Below are positions 48,101-62,329 of a DNA stretch of 64,000 nt, piece by piece. Position 1 is the first letter of the stretch; the number at the start of each line of letters is the position of its first letter. Both the position numbers and the translations under genes were made by a program. A model generated the notes under the pieces. That model worked only from the letters and a program-made list of their open reading frames with translations. It ran no database searches and was not told where the DNA came from. The stretch covers positions 9,674,001 to 9,738,000 of the forward strand of contig OZ076409.1 of NCBI GenBank assembly GCA_964187785.1, in the 5' to 3' direction. The DNA comes from Amphiscolops sp. MND2022. Its lineage: Eukaryota.

Positions 48101-51100
48101 CTGGATATAGGGCATTATACTTCAGAAAGGACGTCACAAGATTAGATATAGCGCAGTATTTTGTTCATATGAGACAGAAAATTAAAATAGTTAAGTTCGG
48201 TAGAACAAATGGTATATTTCAAGATATTGTAGAATTTTCAAGAAAATTTTTGTCAATTCGTGTGGAATGAAAAAAACGTCTGAAAGCCATGTTGGGATAG
48301 GTATTGAAAAACGATTTCCGTAGAGGTTGCAGGAAATCGGCACGATACATCAAGCCTCGCACTTTTATTTGTGTTAGTTGTGCGAGATAGAATTGTTCCT
48401 GAACTTAGGGACATCAGCGTCGTTTTCATTTCGTCGTCTTCAATTACTACGTTCAGTAGTAACTCCACTTGAAGATCTCGTATCGCCTTATGTCTCAGGA
48501 TTACAAATCCTAAATCCTCTAAGTTGACAAGTCATTGCGTGATCAATATTTCTTCCTTCCCTTTTTCACATAGGCCAATCAGATCTTCGAAAGCTCGCCA
48601 ATCAGATCTTCGATACTTCAAATGGATTGCATCATCAAGGTTCATCATATCAAGGTTCGTTTGCTTGTAATAGTCGTAAATTTCTCTTCATTTTGTCCAT
48701 TCGTCCAAGTTCTTCCATTTGGGACAGTTTATGAATGATTGTCGTGTGTTTCCTAGTTTCATCTTACTGTCACAATCAGACTGAAAAAATATCCAGAAAT
48801 GACCGTTTTTCGAAATTCTTCCGAGTAGAAATCCGAGTTGCTGTTTTTTTGCCGGCATTGCACAGACTGATTTTGAAGCTCGAGTCCTTCGTACCGAAAA
48901 GGGAGGGCAGAATTATCTCTATCTGTTTTAGAGATGTTCTGATGTTTGGTGGTAGGTTCTACGAAAATACTAATTTTTTCTAAGGGTTCCATCAGATCGC
49001 TCATATTGACAAGGCGTCTCTGGAAAATTTTTCATCTGTGGTGAAACATTCGAGTGAAGAAAATGTAGCTGAGATTAGGCTCCAATTGAGTTACTTTTGA
49101 CAAAGTTCTAGGTTGAATAAACCGATTCTGATGGTTCTGATTCTGATTCTGAGGTTCTGATTTGGACCTCCGAGAACTTTCGAAAATATTTTTATCTCCT
49201 ATAACAGCTCCTACTCTAATTCATTTTTTTCTGTGTAGCTTGAGAGACGTTTTTGAAAAACTTCGTAACTCAGTCGCAATTTCTTCAGAATTGCAAATCA
49301 TCCAACATTCAGATGCCATGGAACGTAACAAGACTTTTGGATTAAGTCCTTTATCTGGTTACACCATTTTTATTGGTCGACAGTCCACCTAGGCACGCAG
49401 CGTCATCCGCAAACCATTCCTGAACTATATTTTCACTTCGAGTCTGTCCATCGAAAGTTTCATACCAATAGGGTAAATAGCTATTGCAATGTTGTCCTCT
49501 TGTGTAATGACTTCTTGCGAATCAAGTTCCGTGAATTTTCCGACGAACAGGCGCGCCGCTCTCCGTGTGTTCACTATGTAGCAAAGGATTTTGAGACTGA
49601 AGTTTTGAGTTGCTTGTTGCGTTGTTTGTGAAAGCGTTTATTGTGTCTACATAAAACAAGCATTCTGTTAAGGGACAACCATAGTTTTTTGTTCTTGGGA
49701 AAGGCAGCTGTGGGAAAGGCAGCTTCGACGCCACCTTCTAGTCCACCACAAGTCGAGCTTCGTTTACATCAGCTTTCAGAAGCGTTGATACAGTTTCAAA
49801 ATTGACTTTTATAGGAACTCTCCAATGCCAAGCCATCTGACAGCGCCTTTGACCATACATAATCAACGAGATAATTCAGCACGGGATGTAGGTCTCAAGT
49901 GCAAGGGATCAACTTTTTCACAACACATTTTTTGTACAAAACTTGCAACTAAACAGATTGAATTTCTCCGAGCAAGTCATTCGTCGGAAATTTGCAGCGT
50001 CCAGACTAATAGGTTCACTAGATCTTCGCGTCTATATTGCAGCTTGATGAATTTCAGAGTGGTTTGTTGACTCGAAAACGGGTTTAACTGCAATGGTGAT
50101 AACTGAATTTTCTCTGATGTCAATACTTCTCATTATTCAGCAGGTTGTTTCTGTATTTTTTCATCACGTTTTTATTGCGCTGTTAGACATCTTGGATTCC
50201 TCTTGTTCAAAGACTTTCAATGCTTATGTCAACCTTTCTTCGCGGTACCCTTTAATGGAACTCGATTGTGGTATTCAATATTTGTGCACGTCTTGTTGGC
50301 TTGCTTGGTTTTCCCTGTATATCAAATGGTTTTCTCTGTCAAACCACCATTTCAGTCGCTTTCCAATGTTTTCTAATGGTCGCTCTGGGTTTCTTGAAAC
50401 GTTTTTGTAGCATCACCATGCAGTAGACGTTGTAGGTTTTCAGAGACGTGGTACAGGGAAAAGTGTGTTTTTCCGCCGATATTTCATATGGGAAAAGAAA
50501 ATATTCAAATCAAACGGGTTTTTTGAAACAAACTTTGCCAAGCATCAAAATTACAGTTAACTTTAAGGGTGTTACCTATAGAATTCAACTCACATAAATT
50601 TAGCTTCGTGTGATATGAATTTGTCGAGATTTCTGGACTTTTTTAGTTGACCCCATGGTTCCCAGAATGACCAAAAAATGACCCCAAAACTTTAAAAATT
50701 TCCAATCGTTTACGTTTCAGTGCAATTTTTGTCACTTTTTTGATAGATATAGTAACATAAAATGTTCAACAGGATGCGAATTCGATGTCATATAGTCTTC
50801 TTTGAAGAGATAAGGGCGGTTTATTATTAGCAAAATTGACCCCAAAAATGACTAAAAATCCAAAATTTCCCGAATCCAACGTATGTATGCAATTTTTGAC
50901 AAATTTTGACGAACTTCGTGGATTAGAATGTTGTAAACGCTCAACATGGCGCAAATTAGTTGTCCAGTAGGCTTTTACGAAGAGATAATTCCTGTTTTTT
51001 AATTGAAAAAGATCTCAAATTGCCACCCAGAACGACAAGTTCTAAATTTTGAGAAGTTTTATAAGTTTTTAAGCATTTTTCGTCAAAGTTTCGATACACT

Positions 51101-54100
51101 TCGTGATTAGAATGTTGAAAACGCTCAACATGACATAAATTTGTTGTTCTTTAGGCTTTTTCGAAAAGATAATTGTTTTCTTTTTAATTGTAAATTGTCT
51201 CACTTTGGCACCGAAAATGACAAAAAACACAAAAGTTTCCAATTTTATAGGTTTTTATGCAGTTTCTGTCAAAGTTTTGACAGACTCCGTAGATGGGAAT
51301 GTCGAAAACGTTCCTCGAGGTAGGAATTCGTTGTCCGTTAGTCTTTAATCAAGATATAAGTTCTGTTTTCAGAATGAAAAAAGTCCAAAATTACCACCGA
51401 AAAAAAAACAAAATCCAAAAATTTTCCAATATTCAAAGTTTTTTTCATTTTTTCCTAATTTTGACCAACTGCGGAGATTGGAATGTTAAGCACGGTCAAC
51501 AAGGGGAGAATGTGTAGTCCAGGATGCTTGGTGAAGAGATAAGTGCAGTTTTTTAAATGGAAATTGTCTAGAATTGACATCGAAAAAGACAAAAATTCAA
51601 AAACGTTCGGATTTCCACCATTTCTGTTCAGTTTTTGTCAAACTATCGATAAACTTCGTGGACCAGAATGGTAACACCCCTTAACGATGAGAAATTTGTT
51701 GTTTCGGTGAGCATTCAACAAGAGATGAATTCAATTTTTAAAAAAGTTCTTCAAATTGACCCTCAAAGTGTCGAAAAAGTTGAAGATTTGTAGTTTTCGA
51801 CCCAATAGCTGTAAAATTTTTAGGAGATTCCGTTATAAATTCCAAACCATCATAGGCGAAAGAACGAGCTATGCGTAACATTTTTTGAAATAAATTGTTG
51901 CAGCGTTTCGCTTCAAAAACACTTCAGAATGACTCCGAATAAATCGAAAAATTTCAACAGCTTCGTTTCTATGCAATTTATGACTATTTTTCGAATCGTT
52001 TTGGTGTCAGAATGACGGCAAACGTTCTACAAAGGTTGAACTTGTAATCAAGTTGGCTTTTGTAGAAATACATGCAGACGTCAGTTTCAAAATGGCTCAA
52101 AAAGTCAAAAACGTCGAAACTTTTGCCAAATTCTGAAGTTTTCAGAACATTTTTCTTTGAGATGGGAACGTTTTATTACAATGAAAGCTTCAAACAGTTT
52201 CAGATTTAAAAACTAGGCCAACAAAAGGTTTGATAACGAGAAACTTGCATATTTGCTAAGAAAAGTTTCCTTCGAATGACCCAAATATTGCAAAACATGG
52301 AAATTGTCAAGATTTTTTTTACTTTTCAGGCAGTTTTCTGTACAAATTTTGAGCTTGTTCTCGCATAAAATGGTTTTAAAAACCCAACAAGGACTACTCT
52401 TGGTATCCAGCAGGCGATTTGGAAGATATAACGGCAAATTTTAGTTGGAATTGGCCTCAAAGCACCCTAAAGTCCATGAAACAAAAAAAAGCAGTATTCC
52501 CAATTTTTGTTCAAACCACGAATATTTTTTAGAATAAAACTTCTATTGATCAGAGCGTTGACACAAAAGGGTATTCAAAACGCAGTTTGGAAAAAAGCGG
52601 GATTGAGTTTGTCGAATTTGCAACAAAGGTGTCAAATTTTCCAATTTTTCTCAATTTTCGTCAAAATAATTCCAATTTGAACACATTCCGGAAATTTACT
52701 TCAATCAGAAAAGCATAGACTCAAGATTGAAACTTGTAGCTGCCGGTAGTGTTCCGGAAAGATATCAGACACGTTTTTATGCATAACTATTAAAAACTTT
52801 ACTTTAAAACGTAAATTTTGACCTTATTTGTCAAATACTTAATAGTCAATAAATTCAAAGCAAAATCACTAGATATGGAGTACAACTTCCAAAGGAAGAT
52901 GTTTCTACCTACTTTGTGGGTTAGAACGGTGCAAACTTTCAACAACAACTAACTTCGGTGTCCAGTAGGCTTATTTTTGACAGACATCTGTAGATTCATG
53001 TTAGAAACGTTTCTCAAATTTACCACAAAGTAGTCGAGAGCATATACAGTTTTTGACACCTGTGGTGGAATTAAGTGGAATAATATAACAAACCAGCACC
53101 GCTCAATTTTCTTGATTTTGCAAATGACCTAGTTTCAAGCCTGTAACAATTTGTCAGTACTAAAAATTACCCCAAGAAAAACGCCTGATATTCGGAAACC
53201 ACAATTTCCCCAACAGGAATCACTAAAAATCCAATTTTTCAAATTTTTCGATGAAGTTCCATGATGGCAAAACGAGTTTCAGCTCACAAAACTACTTTTC
53301 TCAAGCCGAAATTAGCTATGAAACCAAGAGGATACGGGTACCCTTCAAACAAATGGAAGCCTCAAATTTATGTAGTTGTAGATCAGTTTGGGGCTGAAAA
53401 TATCTCTCTGCCCAGGGTGTGTCTTGTTGAGACATAGTTGGAGATTTCGGTCCCTTTTCGAACAAGAAGTTTCACTGCATCATCTTGTGGTAGATCAAAG
53501 AAGTTCTTCCTTCAAACGACAGCTTTCTTGTAATTTTCGTCAATTCTCTGATTTTTTTAATGTTTTGTGTGAGTCGCTTTTTTTATCACGGGACTGCTCG
53601 GTTCCGAGCAAGGCGACGTAATAGACAGAGCTTGCATGCCCTGGGTCAGTCCACTGGAAATATAAGTTTCGTACGTCGTTTCATATTTAAGCTATTCATC
53701 GTTTGAGTGAGTCCAATATGGGAATCGTGACAATTTTGCACATGGGGAGCAGTGGGCGGTTTAGTCGGCTAAGGAAATCCACTGCACATGACTTGCACAT
53801 AAACAGAGATGTCACCACAGCCCTTGGTTTTTTTATGTAAACGGTCACACTGCTGATTGTCATTTGGCCTAAAGGTATTTGGTGAATTGCATTTGGCCCC
53901 TTGGACTAATTTTTCAAACCAAAGGTCTTGGGTAGCTGGTCACATGACTTAATACCATTTGGCTGAAAATCACTAAGTGTAAAACGTGTGGCCGAATTCG
54001 TCGAAGGTATTTTAACGCAGTCAGTTATGCCCATAGGTAATTGGTCACTTGGCTTGAAGTCATGTGGCATAATGCATTCGGTGACTTGGGTTAATCCTTT

Positions 54101-55139
54101 AAAGCCAAATGTCTTTGATAGTGGTTACATGAATTGAAATTATTTGGCTTAAAACCACTAAAGTGAAACCGCGCGACAGATTTTGTCGAAAATATTAATA
54201 TTTCGTAGTCAGCTATGTTCACAAACCCCTAGTGCCCTAAACGCAGGAGCATAGTGGAGCGACATGCCATATCGCCATGCCTCAATGTTGCAACTTGGTG
54301 AAAGAAGCAAAGCGACCGAGCCATACAGCAAATGTGCTAATCCTTTTGTAACATTTTTTTGAACATTTCGTTTAAACTCATTTGCGTTTTGGTCATTAAT
54401 GGGTTGTTTTTAGCCATTGCTTGAGTTGGAATGGACTTGGCTGAATTTTGTGGTCATTCGAATTAAAAATCTCAAGCGAAATGGCTCGACGAAAAAATTA
54501 GGCAAACTGACTTCAAGTCAAGTGACTTCTTTCCTGTTCGCAAACGCCTAGAGCCCTTAATACAGGAGCGAAACGGTCCAACGTGCGATATGGCCATGCC
54601 TCAATGTTGTTATTCAGCGAAAGGATCGGAGTAACCGAGCCATTTAGGAAGTATGCTAACCTCTTCAAATAAACTCAAACTTCTGCTGTATTAGACATTT
54701 TGTAACTTTGGTTGTAAGAATAGTCACCACCATACTATACAATTATATACTTGAAGCCTTTTGACATAGAATAATAAGGCCAAATGACTCGAAAACAAAA
54801 TCAAGCGAAATGGTATTAAACCAAATGACTTGTAATTCTTTTTCAAAACTCCGTTACATGAACTTCATTCCATTTGTTGGCCATTACTGACTTTTTTCAT
54901 TCTTTCCTTCATCAGATACCACGGGCTTTCGCCATTAATCGAGTGCCATGTGTGCCATCACGTTGGGGGGAAAGACATACACCACTGGTCTGCTACAAAA
55001 GGAGAAAACTCCATACCAGCCACTATCTCAGTCGACATAGAAGAAAAAAACAAACAAACTACTCTTACCAGCCACTATCCCAGTCGACCGGTAGAACCAA
55101 GGAAAAAAGCTCTGATGACATACATGTTCGAAAAATAAC

Positions 55140-57460
55140 CATTTGTAAAAAACAATTCTTCAAACGCTTCTCTCTCGCTCACAGTTCCAAGAACGCAGGC
55201 CGCATTGTCTATCTGAAGAGCTATTGAGATCCGTTGCTTCAAATAGTTGCACACTCGTTGATCGTCGTGCGAACGACACGACATTTTACAGAGGTGCGTA
55301 ATGAAAAGTCCACAGCTCTCGCCTAAAGAACCCTGTACTTCCTAGACCACCGGTTGAAAATTGTATCCATTGTCTATTAATTCGCGATACTTCACAATTT
55401 CACTCGCTTCAGCCTCAGTGGCTGTGGTTCCCGGGTTGCATAAAGAGCCTTGATTCAGGTGACTCGGGGCAAGGGCATCCACAACCGTGACATCCCACAC
55501 CAACTGTTTAGCCATTTCCCAAGGAATCATGGTAACACCGTCTGGGTGTTTGCCATCAGTTCGGTACAGTCCACGCGGTTCGAACATTGAATGCAAGTCG
55601 AAAGATCGCAACGACTGTTTTATGAGAGAATTGAAAGCAGCATGGCGTGAGAAGCGACCAGCACGCTTGGTGCAAAAAAGACCTGTAAACAATTCTGTTC
55701 AACTCTTTTGCAACAGCGGCACGTATGCCCAACACAAATGTTTGCTCCGAGACGTAAACCAATTGAAATCCGAAGCTGCTGATTGACAAGTTTCAGGCCT
55801 AGGTTCTTGCAAGGAATGACGTTCAGCCATTGAGACTCGAAACTGCCCTGCTGAGCGTTAAAAACTTTCGAACGTTTGTCATTCATTCAAGAAATTAATT
55901 ATTGGGCAGTTTTGACGTAGAAAAGTTGTGTCCAATTTTTCTAGGTTCCGTCGAGTGGACTTTATTGCTCATTCGCCAAACTCAGCCATTTCTCAAGTGC
56001 TCTCGTGACGAATAATCTTCGGACATTTCGGAGATAATTGTCGAGTGAATGTCACTCACACCACAGCCGAAGCCAAATAGGAGGGAAGTGCTAGTAATGA
56101 TGCGGATGAAACCCCAAGACCACTCATTGCAGCGAGCAGATCCAGCTGAGTACTCGACATATCGCCGACGTTCACGCTACACACTTTGAAAAGCCCGTCG
56201 CGTACGATTATGTCATATTTTTCCAAGAGACCTGGATGATTAAAACAAGTACTGGTTTTCAAGACGTGCAACAACATCGTCAGACTGAAGCAATTTTTCA
56301 ACATGGAAAAGATAATGCGCATCCAGTTTTGCAACCATTCCCGTAGTTTTTTCAGTCAGTAATTTTCTGTTCTGCCTGCGATTTTGAGCCAGATGGTGAA
56401 CCAAGAAATGAAAGTTCATTTTTCATTGGTGTTTTGATCCCGGGGCAGATTTTTGGAAAAGATGCTAAAAGTGTCGATCGTCGTTTTTCAGTGATGTCAC
56501 CATGGGAAAAAATTACACTTCGTTGATTTAATTTTGAGTGTCAGCGTTTTTTCTGCTTCCGCATTTTTAGAGGTCTTTTAAAACAGTTTTGTAATCCTCA
56601 CTGAAATGTCCACATCGAGGTACCATATAGTTATTTTCGTCTCTAAACTGACATTCAAAGCTTGAATGGAATTCACATTGAAAACTGGAGACCCAGAATA
56701 TACTTTCTTGGTTTCTCCACAAGATTTGATCACTGGACAATTGTAAAAAGGAAACTTGGCTGACTGCACGCGGAGTGTGAATACTTATAGACTTGGGGGT
56801 GGATTTCAAAAGTTATCTCGAAAATGAATTGTCGGTTTATCGAGGTGAAAGCGTTTCCAAAGAAATATTTCTTTCTTTGGGCTGGTGTCTTTCTATCAGA
56901 GAGCCGATTACATGTGAGGCCAATTCAGCGCCTCCTTTAGTGCCTACACCTACTTGTCGACTTCCGTATCTTACTTGACGTGATTCGAAGACATTATATC
57001 CGGCACATTTTGCGGACAACCGGCAGAAATATTTGCCTACAGCGATCGGACGAAGTCTTTCATCAGGCTTTTTTAAACGCTATTATTTATGCACCAGAGA
57101 AATAGGGGCGTTTTTTGGAAGGTATTTTTACTTCACGAATCACATTCACAAGATTTGTTAAGGCTCTGAGAAAATTTAGTCTAGTTTGCCCGTTCCACTT
57201 GGCAGACAAATCTTTCAACATTTGAGGCAAAATCCTATCCAAACCAGCAGTAGAGCCATTGGGGAAGGACTTGAAAGCCTTGTGCACGAGCAACTCTGAG
57301 ATTGAAAACAATCGATATCTGTGTGCTCCCGAAGAGAGCAGATTTCACTCTGCGGATATTTCGGTTTTAGGGCTGCGTAGTTGTCGACAGTGGAATATGC
57401 AATCTTATTGTCGCCTACAGCCATTGAGATTCCGACCTTAACGGTACCTTCAACTAGTTA
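55140..57460 (-). mobile_element. Decayed CRE-like RLE non-LTR retrotransposon (RT plus restriction-like endonuclease)
   Basis: QVGVGTKGGAE, WYLD, GLGVSSA, IGLRLG..C..C, RHAAFNS, EPRGL..DGKHPDGVT..PW..LVWDVTVVD; many frameshifts. Confidence 0.85.
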
Positions 57461-58339
57461 AGTGCAAATGAGCTACAATTGTCGATCTAGGGTTAGTGTT
57501 CACTCAAGAGCACCTACAGTATTTACATTCGGCAAATCACTGGTCCTCCGTTTTTGATAAATTGCGCCCTCGGTCGGACTATAATTGCCTCGGGCTTATA
57601 TGATATACTGTAATAAACTTAGTGTTATTCAATTTTTCACTCTCAATCTGAACATATGAAAGTTTTTAAGATCAAGAAGAGCATACCTTAAACCAGTTGC
57701 ATGATGTCTCCTTCGTTCCTCTTTCTCTCTCTCTCTCTCCTTCCCTCTCTGTCTCTGCCAATATTCTCAAGAATCGGATAGTAGTAAATGATGGTTAATA
57801 TGTATTGTTGCTCGAGACCAAGAATCAAATGGACTTTGCCGAGTTCTCTTCGTACGATGGGTTCGTTTTTTTCGATGGGATATCAGTTTTTTGTCGACGT
57901 CAAAACTTCGAATTCCAGTTTTCACTAGAGTGTGATATGTAATCGTAGCTGCGTGCTGCTGCCAGTGGAGAGTCGCGGGGACACGTGGGTTGAATGAGCA
58001 AAGAATCGTGCAATGTTCTTCGGGTGGGTAATCTTTTCCGGGATCGTTTCGGTGATTGGAATGTCGTATGTTGGAATTGGAATATAGAGTGCTTATTGTT
58101 CCAAATTAAGAAATCAGTTTTGTCTTTCAACGTTTTGTTGTCCCTAAATCTCATCTGACATTGCTTTGTTTGCATTTTCCGCTTCCTTCGCAATTAGACT
58201 GAGACTGGTAGCAGCAATTGTATGCATGTCCAGTTGTAAAACAGTTTATCTGAAACCAAGTTTTGAAGAATTTGACTGCTAATCAAACGGGCAAACAAAT
58301 CTTGTGAACGTGATTCTTGAAGGAAAAGTACCTTTCGAA

Positions 58340-60115
58340 CTTTGGCTGTACTTCTTTGGTGCAAACCTAATTGCGCTAAAAAGTCCGATGGAGGCATTCG
58401 TCCTATCGCTGTAGGCAATACTTTCCGCCGGTTGTCCGCAAAATGTGCCGTATACCATTTCTTCTAATCACGTCAAGCAAGATACGGGAGTAGACAAGTA
58501 GGTGTACACACAAAAGGGGCGCTGAATTGGCCTCACATGAAGTTTACAAGTTCTCACACGCGGCGTAGTCAGCCAAGCTTTCTTTTTTGCGGTGATTCAG
58601 TAATCAAATCTTGTGAAGGGACCCAGCAAGGAGCTCCTGAGTCTCCAGCTTTATTTTCGGATTCCATTTAGGATCTGATTGACAGTTTGAAGTCGAAAAT
58701 AAACTTATGGTACCTTGACGATGGAAATTTAGGTGATGATTACAGAACCATTTTGAAAGATCTCAAAACAAATTACAAGCGGAAAAAGCAATGGGACTCA
58801 AAATTGGCCCCACAAATGCAATGTTTTTTCCTTAGTGGCATCACTAAAAAAAGATGATTGACAGTTTTAGCATCTTTCCAAAAACGTTGCCCCGGGATCA
58901 AAACACCAAAGAAAGATGAGCTTTTATTCTTGGTTCACCGCTCGGCCCGAAATCACAAGCAGACTTTTGGCGCAAAACATAATGAACTGAAAGAAGTTAT
59001 TATTAGAATTGTTGAACAACTAGACGCGCACTATGGTTTTTTTTATGTTGAACAATTGCTTCAGTCTGCCAAAGTTGTACATCCTAAGAACCAGTTCATG
59101 TTTTAATCATCCATGTCTCTTGGAAAAGTATGGCAAAATCGTACGCGACGGGCGTTCCAAAGTATGTAACGTGAACGTCGGCGATATTTCGAGTACTCAG
59201 CTGGCTCTGCTATCTGAAATGGGTGGTCTTGGGGTTTCATCCGCATCATTATTAGCACTTCCCTCCTATTTAGTCTCGGCTTTTGGTGTGAGTGACTTTC
59301 ACTCGACAATCATCTCGGAAATATTTGAAGATTTTTTGTCACAAAAGCACTTGAGAAATGGCTGAGATTGACGAATGAGCAATAAATGCCACTCGATGGA
59401 ACCCAGAAAAACTGGACACAACTTTCTATGTCAAAACCGCCCAATAATTAAGTTCTAGAATGAATGACAAACGTTCGAAAGTTTTAACGCTCAGCAGGGC
59501 AATTTCGTGTCTCAATGGCTGAACGTCGTTCCTTGCAAGAAACTAGGCCTGGAACTTGATAATCAGCAGCTTCTGATTTCAATTAATTACGACTCAGAGC
59601 AAACATTTGTGTTGCGCACACGTGCCACTGTGGTAAAAGAGTTGAACAGGATTGTTTACAAGTCTCTCTTGCACCAAAAGTGATGGTCGCTTCTCACGTC
59701 ATGCTACACTCAATTCTCTCGTCGGTGTTACCATGATTCCTTAGGAAATGGGTAAACAGCTGGTGTGGGATTTCACGGTTGTGGATGCGCTAGCACCCAG
59801 TCGCCTGAATCAAAGCTCTTTAAGCAACACGGAACCACCGCCACCGAGGCTGAAGCGAGTAAAATTGAGAAGTATCGCAAATTACTAGACAATGGATACA
59901 TTTTGCAACCGGTGGCCATAGAAGTACAGGGTTCTTTAGGCGAGAGCAGTCAAATTTTCATCTGGCGTGTCTGTAAAATGCTATGTCGTTCGCACGACAA
60001 TCAATGAGCTGGCAGCTTTGTGAGACAACGAATTGCAACGGCTCTGCAGATCGGCAATGCGGCCGGCGTTCTAGGAACTGTGAGCGACAGAGATGAGTTT
60101 GAAGAAATTTAATAC
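58340..60115 (+). mobile_element. Second decayed CRE-like RLE retrotransposon, opposite orientation
   Basis: GGIRPIAVGNTFRRL, TQQG, WYLDDG, GGLGVSSA; collinear similarity to the minus-strand copy. Confidence 0.85.
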
Positions 60116-60199
60116 ATATAATTTAATTTTTGAACCTCTACGTGTTTGCAGATTTTCAAATCAACCTTTCTACCGGTCGACTCAGATAGTGGCTGATAT

Positions 60200-60637
60200 C
60201 AGGGTTTTCAACGCCAATTCAAATGCCATAGGGTCAATTTCAATTCTAGGCAATTCAATTCCAATATCACTTACTTTTTTCCAATTTCAATCCCAATTCC
60301 TATTCTATGTTTTTCGGGCCGTCAATTCCTAATTCAATTCTTCAAATTCTTGTGTCCTTTCTTCTTTTACAAAACATTTCATTCGTAAAAATTTGTTTTA
60401 AAAGGTTTTGTCGACAAGGATTAGTTTTCATACTTCTTCATGTTTGTCATTGGATTTACTATGAAAACTGTTAGAAGCCATTTTCTGGTGACCATAAATA
60501 TCTCAATTGTTCGTGTGAATTCGGTTGACAATTCCAATCCCAATTCTTCGTCCAAGTAATTGACAGCAGTTCCAATTCCTTAAAATGTGATATTTTCATT
60601 TCTCAACCCTTGAAATGTCAATTAATTGAAAACCTTG
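60200..60637. mobile_element. hAT-like MITE inserted in the CRE 3' flank
   Basis: TIRs cagggttttcaa / ttgaaaaccttg; 8-bp flanks gctgatat and gctggtat; internal caattc repeats. Confidence 0.75.
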
Positions 60638-61559
60638 GCTGGTATGAGTAATTTGTTGGTCATTTTTTTTCTTTGTTGCTACCGGTCTTCTGGGATAGAG
60701 GCGATAGTGGCTGGTATGGGGTTCCCTACTTTTGTTGCAGACCACGGGTGTGTGTCTTCTCCCACCAACATGGTGATACACCTGGCAATTGATTGATGGC
60801 GAAGATCCATGACATCTGATAGGGGTTTCATCTGAAAGACGTGATAAACACATTGAAAAGTATCGCGAATTGATAGACAATTTATACATTTTTCAAACGG
60901 TGGCCTTGGAAGTACTAGAACGCAGGCCGCATTGCAGATCTGAAGAGCCATTGAGATCCGCTGCTTTAAAAAGCTGCCAGCTCGTTGATCGTCGAGCGAA
61001 CGACAAAGCATTTTACAGAGACGCGTGATGAAAATTTCACTGCTCTTGCCTAAAGAACCCGGTACTTCCAAGGTCACCGGTTAAAAAATGTTTACCTTGT
61101 CTATCAATTCGCGATATTTTTCAATGGGTTTATCACGTCTTTTTCAGATAAACCCTCTATCAGATATCATGGATCTTCGCCATCAATCAAGTGCCATGTG
61201 TATCACCATGTTGGGGGAGAAGACACACACCCGTTATCTGCAACGAAAAAAGGGAACCCATACCAGCCACTATCCCAGTAGACCAGTAACAAAAAGAAAC
61301 AAACTACTCATACTAGCTACTATCCCAGTCGACCGGTAGAATTTTTTAAAATAAAAGCTGCTATGATAATTTTTAACAAGGCCAACTACTTTGCAATTGC
61401 AACAAATTAGGATCAGCGTATGTCTAATCTAGTTAGTTAAAGCTAAGAGCTGGTACCGAAAAGCAGCTGCGAACAAATATTTTTTTAGTTTTGTCAGTTA
61501 TAGAATCAAGAGTTCGGCACAATGAACTAGCGCCAATAATGACAACCATGTAATTAGTA

Positions 61560-62171
61560 ATGAAAGCGTGCCAAATGAGAAGAAAAAGGAACGAACTAAC
61601 AATTTTTGATAGAGGCCGAATTGGCACGAGAAACAACCAGAACGGTCCCAGAGACCATGGTGTGACGATTGTCCAGAGCCTGAGTCCAAAGAAAGGTGAA
61701 CAATCAATCCAATCAATAACTTCTCTGAAACTATCCAACAAATTTCTCACAACGATTAGGCACAGCGATGAAGCCATCAACCGTCATAAAATTCTTCAAA
61801 ACCTTCTTACTCGAGGAGCTCTCAGTAAAGTTAACAATATTATTATTTGGCACGACGTTATAAACAATTCAATTTGGCCCCATAGAAGCAACAACTATCA
61901 GCCAAGATCGATCGACCAGCTCATAGAAAATCTCTTGCTGTTCAAGAACAGAATTAAAGCAATAGTTTATTCTCGCCGTCTGGGCACTGGGGACATTAAA
62001 AGGTGGTTGTTCGGTTCACAGATCATCATCACCGACGCTATTAGAAAATTAATTTCTCATAGGAAAAGCAAAGACAGCACGATCTTGTCCGACTTGCGAC
62101 AGGCGCATCCGTCAGCAGCGCTAGAATTCAAGCTCCTATCTGTAGTCTGGAATCACCGTAATCACGTATAG
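61560..62171 (+). CDS. Unknown ORF upstream of the LINE, possibly a degenerate SGNH-like fold
   Basis: 203-aa ORF with NIIIWHDVINNS; a related remnant appears on the minus strand at ~57900-58190. Confidence 0.35.
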   Translation: MKACQMRRKRNELTIFDRGRIGTRNNQNGPRDHGVTIVQSLSPKKGEQSIQSITSLKLSNKFLTTIRHSDEAINRHKILQNLLTRGALSKVNNIIIWHDVINNSIWPHRSNNYQPRSIDQLIENLLLFKNRIKAIVYSRRLGTGDIKRWLFGSQIIITDAIRKLISHRKSKDSTILSDLRQAHPSAALEFKLLSVVWNHRNHV

Positions 62172-62329
62172 AGGTTCATACCAGATGAAAAGATTAGGAA
62201 GAAAGCGAATCAGAGAATAAGAAAGAAGCTCCGACAACTGAAAGTGTCTCAGTAGGTTAGTGATCTGTATTTTTTCTTGGTCTTCGAAAACCTTAGTTGG
62301 TTGGGAAACCTTGAGATTTTGAAGTGATT

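Noticed and set aside
48250..50410. Decayed coding-like sequence on the minus strand
   Set aside because: Probably TE debris, but no motif could be assigned with confidence
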